Position numbers and translations under genes: made by a program
Shown: positions 56,516 through 64,000 of the stretch, piece after piece
Layout of the letters: every line of letters begins with the position of its first letter
Numbering within the stretch: position 1 is the stretch's first letter
Origin: Trichoplax adhaerens
Taxonomy: Eukaryota > Animalia > Placozoa
DNA: 64,000 bases
Assembly (NCBI RefSeq): GCF_000150275.1
Contig: NW_002060943.1
Location: 11,470,878 to 11,534,877, forward strand
Direction of reading: 5' to 3'
The notes under the pieces: model-generated
Database searches by the model: none
What the model saw: the letters and a program-made list of their open reading frames with translations, nothing else
What the model was told of the DNA's origin: nothing

Positions 56516-59500
56516 TGAATTTGAATACTACCCACTGCTGATTGAATGTAGTAATAAAATAACGCAGAATAACATTCAAGAATTTCAAGTCCATTACATT
56601 CTGAGTTGGGCGCTATTTTATATTTAGTAATAATATTTGCATTCTAATAAATCATCAAGATAGAGCTATCCGTGTACAGTAATGTGCGATGTTTAGCTTG
56701 ACATATGGCGTAATCTTTTAGATAAATTACATACTTTAGCTATTATATCTATTAATAAAATTGAATGAACGTTGATTTAAAGAGGATACAGTGAGAAAAT
56801 TGAATGATGAATAGTCGTAAATAACATTTAACACGTGCATAATGTACCTAAGCACGGAAGTATCAATTGAATTAAAAGGTTACAGTAGACATAAAAGGTG
56901 GACAAGTACAGAGCATCTTAATGAGGGAAAACAACAAATGAGACAAAAAAAAAAAATGGAGAAAAAGGAAAATTTTCATACAAATATTCAATGCTTTAGA
57001 CTCGTTAATCAATAACAAAAGCTGCCATGAACCAATCTATGATAATCGTAAGGGATTAGCAGAATAGGATTAGAATGCTAGAGAGGCAAGTATGGATTAA
57101 ACAAGGAAGCACAACTTATTATAGAAAAGTAGCAGACAAGAAGAAGAATAATGCCAATGACGACATCATCTTTCTTATTTCCTTGTAATTTTCTATCATT
57201 GACTGATTAAACTATTATCCTATTTGTCTTTATTGTGGCTGTAACTATCTTTCTTTCTCTTTTTTAATTATCAATAGTGAATGTGATTACTTAACATTGA
57301 CTTATGTTGTACACCATCGTATTACTTATATAATTCATGTTCAACAACAAATAGAATAACAAATTCAACTTGAATCACACAAGTGCCATAGAAAGTTCAC
57401 ATAATAATTTTTTTATTTTTTTTTTATTAAACATTCAAGTCAAGGCTGTTGGTTTGGGTGCATTTTCCAAACGATAACAACTACCATGTTTACTGTAAGT
57501 TTTTACTTCGATGAGTAAACTATAAATAACAAATCTTATCATGTCTTTATTGACTACTTTTATTGCATCGATGTGTTATTCAAATAGGGTACTGATTAGC
57601 GTTATGTTCGTAAATGAGTCAGTAATCGAATTTGTAGTGATTCAAAAGACAAATTTGAATATTTAAACATAACTTAAAACACTTTTTTTTCTATATATAT
57701 TTTTGATGGGAAATGATTCAATACTTCTGCTTCCCAATAACCTATTTTAAGAGTATAATCCGTTGTCATTGGACTTTTGCATTGATTGATTCTATTAAGC
57801 AACTGTTATTTCCTAGCAATCATCAATCATTAATGTATTGGAAGGGGAACCGTTTTAAATTTCAATAATTTCCTATAGAACTTCGGTGGGTGATGTGAAA
57901 GCGTCTATATTAAGATTAGCACCTATAGTATCGCATATTGCAGCCACCATTTAAAATTACCCATTTCGGATTGTACTAAAGTATGCCAAGAATTAGCAAG
58001 AAATGATGGGAGGAATTTATAATTTGAACATATAAATCGGAATACATTTACTTATTATATGATGAATAGTTATACTCGATCCTAACTGGTATTTCGTAAA
58101 GTGTAGTTAGATAGCTTAGATTATCATCAACTCTTTATCCGTTATTATGGATGATGAAAATAATGCTCTCCATTGCCTTCTACCGTAGCTATTCAGCCAA
58201 GGCTGTAAATGTCCGTATCGAAATAATTTGATTGAATTAGTGTTTGAGCACTAAAATGAATGTTCCAATTGATTTATAAAAAGATCCAATGTTCATACAA
58301 TATTGTCATCAACAAGGGGCTATGGTAGATTAATAGATGATATCATAATGCGTGGTTTCTAATTTTGATTCAATTAGTACGATCACTGCATGACTATAAT
58401 AAGTAGGATGCGAGAGAAGAATCCTACTGCCTACCTCCAATAAATTAGAAACATTCTAAAGTACTCCTAATGATATCCTACCGAGTCATGAACGCCATGT
58501 TGGTATAAAGAGTATTAGTATCGAGATTGCACTCATTGCATTGCTCTTGTTGAATTGTTTCTCCTACAAGTTAGTTGAATTTTATATTACTTTACGGGGA
58601 TGACGTTGACGATGAAGAGGAAGAAGCTAGTTGTATAATCTCTCGTCAGTCTACAGTCAATCATAGACAAGAAAAAAGGATCATGATTGATCTTTAGTAT
58701 TTTGCAACTATTATTGGTTGATTGATAGAAAAGAAAAGTAGCTAATATGCCCCCATTTTTTACTAGCGTCAATTTTCGAAAGTAGATAGAGAGTATCAAG
58801 GTCTAGACTCAGCGATGACAGAGAAAGAGTAAGAAAGAGAATTAGCATTTTATTTAAAACAATAAAATAGATAATTATAGCAATCAATAAGTAAAATAAA
58901 TTGTGATAATCAATTTACAACGATTTATTCAATTACTGGCCTCCATCATTGGAGGATTAGCTTAACAATCATCCACTCACGATTGAATTCAACGCTTGAG
59001 TGAAACAATGCTTTACAACAAGTTGGATTAAAGGAGTAGGTGGGTTCATCAAGACAATCGGCTTTCATGGCTTCCAAGTCGATCCTTTTATGTCGTTGTT
59101 GTTGTCTCCTGATACTGCAATGAATCATGTCTACATCGTATATTGTTTTTCTTTCAACCTTAAGCTCTTTCGGATGATAGAATCTTATCCAACTTGGATC
59201 GCCATGGCAAATTGAAGGGATGTCGCATGGATTAGATCGACATGCTTATTTTATTCATTCTCTAGTCCTCTTCTACCTTGAGTACGACCTATATCATTTT
59301 CCGATGGCGACATGGAGGAAGAAATTGATTCTATCGATCTTCAGGGAAATTCCGTCACTTTCCAACCAATCTATTTCAAGTTGTGCAACACCCTTCAATA
59401 CGCTCTTGTTGTTGTCGTCGTCGTCGCTTTCTAATATTTATTGTTGTCATGATTATTGTCATTGATTCAATATCTAATTCTTTTCCAACAATGTCATGAT

Positions 59501-60443
59501 AGAGATGATCAGACTGGCTATTATACAAGTGGTCTATTGCATTGCATTTTTTAATACTTTTCAGTGACAACACGTCAACAGTTCTCTCTTTTTCTCTCTC
59601 TCGCATACACATATCCACTCATCCATTGCTTTTCATAGACATTCATTTCTTGACCACTACTGACGCCATTCCATTCCCACCTCTGCTTCTGTGTCCAACT
59701 TCTTTCCAGCTCGAGCCACGTTTATGTCGCATACCCCCTACCATTTTACCCTTGTTGCCAGCCCTCTTTCCAATTTCTTAATAGTAATAATAACACATCA
59801 TTCATTATCATCAGCGTGATAACAATAATGTAATAATGATGATAAGGGGAATGATGAGGAGGAGGAGGATGATGATGTTGTATATTCATTTTATTTTTTT
59901 TAATACCCTTTTATTTAGCAGTTTTTATCCTTATTGTAAGAGCTTTAATTGATTAGGTTACACAAGCGTATCGTCAATAGACAGGTATAAGGGGCCCAGA
60001 AAAAGATTCGATACTTCAAAGCATAAAATCTCAATTGATTGTTAAGTCGCCAAAATTGCTCCAACGGACTTTTTTTTTATTCCTCCTCAAATTGCTATAC
60101 TATTTTTTTTTTCTCATTGCATATTTTTACATCGTCTTCTCCAATTTTATTTACTTTCACTGTCTACCATAAAAGGCTGTTCATAATAGTATTTGTTTAC
60201 TCAGTCTATTTCATATTAAGTGTACATAGCAAATTGATTTGTTATAGTAATATTTTCTCTTCTGCCCAACATTTTACTATTTAAGCGATAGCAAAGTCCA
60301 ACCTTAGTATTGCATAAATCATTTTCCTTTATCCAAACATTGGCGAAAAGGAACTGTCTAGAAGAAAAGCTCCAGTGTCTAAACTAATTTGGGGGAAATT
60401 TACCTACTATAATACGTGTTATAATCGAGATAATCTCTTCAAG

Positions 60444-61855
60444 GTAAGAAAAAATTCATCTATAGTACAATTTTATGTTGATTGGATTGATTTAATATTT
60501 GAAGAGGTATTATGGTATTAACGGCGCCAGGGGGGGGGGGGATAAAGATAAGAGTGGCGATCGCGAGGCTGGGATGCATTTTTGGGTAGCGTTTTTTAGT
60601 TTGTTTCTACAATTGCCTCAGCCGTAATTTCGATTAATTCTATCAAACTGAACTATAATCTAAAGTATATTAAATCAAAGTGGTTATAATTGTAATATTT
60701 TTTATTTCCTCCAAAATGATGAATAGATTACTCTATCCTTTAAAACTTTTTTCTATGGATAAGAATATTATAGCACTATAGACATAGACAAATGATCAAA
60801 ATCCTGTTACCTTACTTCAATGATCTCCTACCAGGTATAAAAAGTGGAGAAGAGAGGGTGTTAATGATATTTAATTTTTAATCTAGTTTATATATTTAGG
60901 AATTATATCAGTATGTCATGAGTGACGCATGAAATTGAAAGTAATGAAATAATCTGACAAAGGATAAAATGAGCTTAAATTTTACCAATTGATCGTTGTT
61001 GAAATAAATTAATATCACTAACGAAACGTTCCAATCTGCTCATCACGTTTACATGATATATTGAAGTCACTTGATGATAAAAAATTAATGCAACAGTCAA
61101 TGTAGAATGGCATACAAGATATCCTTTCGTCTTTCTATGATTCAGTATACTATCTGAGGAATGATTGTTAAAGTCATCGTGTCCAGATGTCTTTCACTAG
61201 ATTAGAAACTATCCTAGAATTACTTTGTAGTAACGATCGAATGGATGTTTTGGCTTAAGTACCGGTACTTGTTACTGCAGCACTAATCCAATCACACTGT
61301 AAATCAATTCAATATTGAATAGTTAGAGAGTTGGATAGATGTGACTGTCAGCCAACGGTGCTACTGTTTGATAGCATAAAATAAAGAATCAGTAGATAAT
61401 ATTTTTACATCAACAACCAGCGCAAAATATAGTGTTTTAGTACAGTAAAGATTAATTATTTCAGCAATTATTGCTACGTTGTGTTAAGTTGACTCATTAG
61501 TTAAAATCTACTTGATAGTCGCCAAAGTCTTGCTTGATACAGCTAATTTAATATTAGCGGAATAGAACATACTTAATTTGGTACCGCACTTGAAAACTTT
61601 GTGAATGTATGCAAGCTTCGTCATTTTCTCTCATACCATAACATGTTTTGATGTACTCGTACCCTTATTTAAATATGTGAATTGAAGGCAGATCTTATAT
61701 ATTTACGTCCATGTACATTTTAAGGTCCAAATATTGATATAATGTGATCAATTTCGATAGCTATTTAAGTACGTATGGTAGAAACAAAAAAATACAAAAT
61801 GAAGTATTATTGATAACAAATTGAACATATTTCTTTCCTTTCATTTGCTTTAAAG
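60444..61855 (+). other. Probable 5'-UTR intron of FoxG
   Basis: Strong donor CAAG|GTAAGA at 60444 and a pyrimidine tract plus AG ending at 61855, 19 nt before the ATG. The upstream exon has an in-frame stop and no ATG. A TATA-like GTATAAG lies at ~59985. Confidence 0.5.
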
Positions 61856-61874
61856 CAACGACAACTCGATATTG

Positions 61875-62951
61875 ATGGGTAACAAGGAAGAGAGTGAAGA
61901 AATCAGAATGGATAAGGACGAACAGAGTAACACTGATGATATCGAAGAGTTAAGTAAAGAGGATGATGAATCAAGCAAAGATGAAAAAAGCAAGAACGGA
62001 CATCAAAAACCTCCTTTCTCTTACAACGCATTAATCATGATGGCAATTCGAGATTCGCCTGATAAAAAATTAACTTTAAGTAACATCTATGAATATATTA
62101 TGAAAAATTATCCTTTCTATCGTGAGAATAAACAGGGTTGGCAGAATTCGATCCGGCACAACTTGAGTTTAAATAAATGCTTCGTTAAAATGCCACGTCA
62201 TTACGATGATCCTGGCAAAGGAAATTATTGGGCATTAGATCAATCATGTGATGATGTGGAAATTGGTAGTGTAACTGGTAAATTACGCCGGAGAAATAAC
62301 TCATCGTCTAGGCCGCGTCCTCGTGAGCTCCGTTTTAGCCCTTACTCAACACCATCTTTAGCCATGGCACCTGCAGCTGGTGGCGTAACACCAAATTGGC
62401 CTTCGACCATGTTTGATCTACGCTCATTCTACATGCAACAAGGTCTTAGCGCTGCTAACACACCTATGAATAATAATCAAATTGCCATTGGCGCAAATCC
62501 ACCTCATTTACCATCCATGCCAGGATCTTTTACAACCTTACCTATAGTTTACAATCCTTCTCCTTCTCACCATCATCGCCATCCTTCATCGGTAACTCCG
62601 GCATCATTAATGACATCGACAGGTCTTTCTCATCTTTATTCTAATGGTCAACAACCATCGGCGCAAAGTTTATCCCAACCGTCGACAACATTGCAGCCAT
62701 CATTGCACTCATCGCCAGCGACAGTTACAGCAGCAGCCATACATCAGCACCATCAACAACAACAACTAGCAAACTATCGGCTATCACTATTACCATCATC
62801 AGTAGCAGCTTCAAGTATTCTATCATCTGCCAATAGTAACAACTTAGGAAATAGTAATTCCGCTAGCTGTTATCAAAATGGTTTTACTATTGATAGATTG
62901 ATTGATCAAGATAAAGCAGCATTCATTCAAAATCCATTTGGCTATTATTAA
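61875..62951 (+). CDS. FOXG1: FoxG (FoxG1/BF-1/sloppy-paired class) forkhead transcription factor; uninterrupted CDS
   Basis: [15 protein letters not shown]...[37 protein letters not shown]...[15 protein letters not shown] is diagnostic of FoxG. The first true ATG is at 61875 (the ORF track starts at TTG 61872). Confidence 0.96.
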   Translation: MGNKEESEEIRMDKDEQSNTDDIEELSKEDDESSKDEKSKNGHQKPPFSYNALIMMAIRDSPDKKLTLSNIYEYIMKNYPFYRENKQGWQNSIRHNLSLNKCFVKMPRHYDDPGKGNYWALDQSCDDVEIGSVTGKLRRRNNSSSRPRPRELRFSPYSTPSLAMAPAAGGVTPNWPSTMFDLRSFYMQQGLSAANTPMNNNQIAIGANPPHLPSMPGSFTTLPIVYNPSPSHHHRHPSSVTPASLMTSTGLSHLYSNGQQPSAQSLSQPSTTLQPSLHSSPATVTAAAIHQHHQQQQLANYRLSLLPSSVAASSILSSANSNNLGNSNSASCYQNGFTIDRLIDQDKAAFIQNPFGYY

Positions 62952-64000
62952 GTAAAAAATGGAAGGAAGGTATAACTCTATTAGCCGACTAATCCATCTA
63001 TAATAGTCCAAATTGAAGATAGAGTAGTTATATAGGCCATAAAAAAGTGTAATCTAGCTTCAACTGAAGCAAAGTAACGCTGCCAGCTGATAACGCTTAT
63101 GTTATCTTTATTATTACTCACAATTCATAAATTATTTATTATTATTATTATTATTGTTATTATTTTACAAGACTTGCTTATTTATGAAATACTTCTGTAA
63201 GTTATTTTCCAAAGTAGAGTAATGAAGCGATGATTAAGTCAATCTTTATAATAGATTTCAAATTATTATAAACAGGCTTAATCTTTCAATCGTTTATTTA
63301 ATCATGATAATTTCAATCGCAGTTTATATTTAATATCATTATTAATACAATATAGGGTTCGTTTTGTTGCTACCCTACATCACTACCATCACTATTTCAT
63401 TATTCCCAACATAATATCTGCTATACTCGTAGTAATGCATTTATAATAATAAATATTATAGTATTGAATACTTATTGCATGAAATATTATCCAAATTAAT
63501 TTAATCCTGGTTTAAATGATATGCTTATATTTGTATGTTGTTTATAATCACCAACGAACGTATGAGATTCTAGTATGATTTTAGTAATATTTTATACTGT
63601 ATTTGATGTTAAAATAAAAGTTTTCAACCAGGGATTTTATCGTTTCGTTGATGTTATGTGTATTAATAAATCAATTTGTCATTTATAGTCTATCTCTTTT
63701 CTTGCTTGAAGTTATTTTCAGCACATCACCAAGTCAATTTTTGCAGTATAACATTTTGTGAAAAATTTTCTCTATATTTTGCTTATAATACGATCGTCAA
63801 CGAAATAGAACTTTTACTCAAATTGTAATCGATCATAAAGTAGCAATTTTTCGTATTAGATGATCTCAATATATATCTTTTAACCCATCAGTATGATATA
63901 AATTTGAAATGTTTATGCTGCTATGAAGTAAAGTATAACATTTACTCCATCGACACCGTACACTTTCATACGCTTATTGCACGGATAAGTTCAAGAATTT

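Noticed and set aside
58587-60284. Cluster of 60-81 aa ORFs upstream of FoxG
   Set aside because: They overlap on both strands, have no recognisable motifs and no eh1, and show no in-frame splice to FoxG. Local composition explains them.

Overview
AT-rich, intron-dense eukaryotic DNA with mostly ~70-300 nt GT-AG introns. The gene set is animal, and the compactness and composition suggest a basal metazoan such as the placozoan Trichoplax (inference, not confirmed). Bases 1-44,355 hold nine tightly packed multi-exon genes: TTC8/BBS8 (-, 3' end outside the window), AAR2 (+), DHTKD1 (-), DPH6 with C-terminal YjgF/Rid domains (-), golgin-84/GOLGA5 (+), STX5 (-), claspin (+), NDUFAF7 (-) and MNAT1 (+). 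Eight of them form four head-to-head pairs. About 17 kb with no recognisable gene follows, then a FoxG gene with an uninterrupted CDS. The most striking non-coding signal is a tract of (TACTG)/(CAGTA) pentamers in both orientations that marks all four divergent promoters but not the FoxG promoter. Gene-appropriate motifs sit beside these tracts: an RFX X-box at BBS8, E2F-4nt-CHR at claspin, and TGACGTGG at both Golgi genes. Several degenerate tandem duplications of ~100-240 bp lie in non-coding DNA. All gene models were assembled by eye from splice signals and reading frame.
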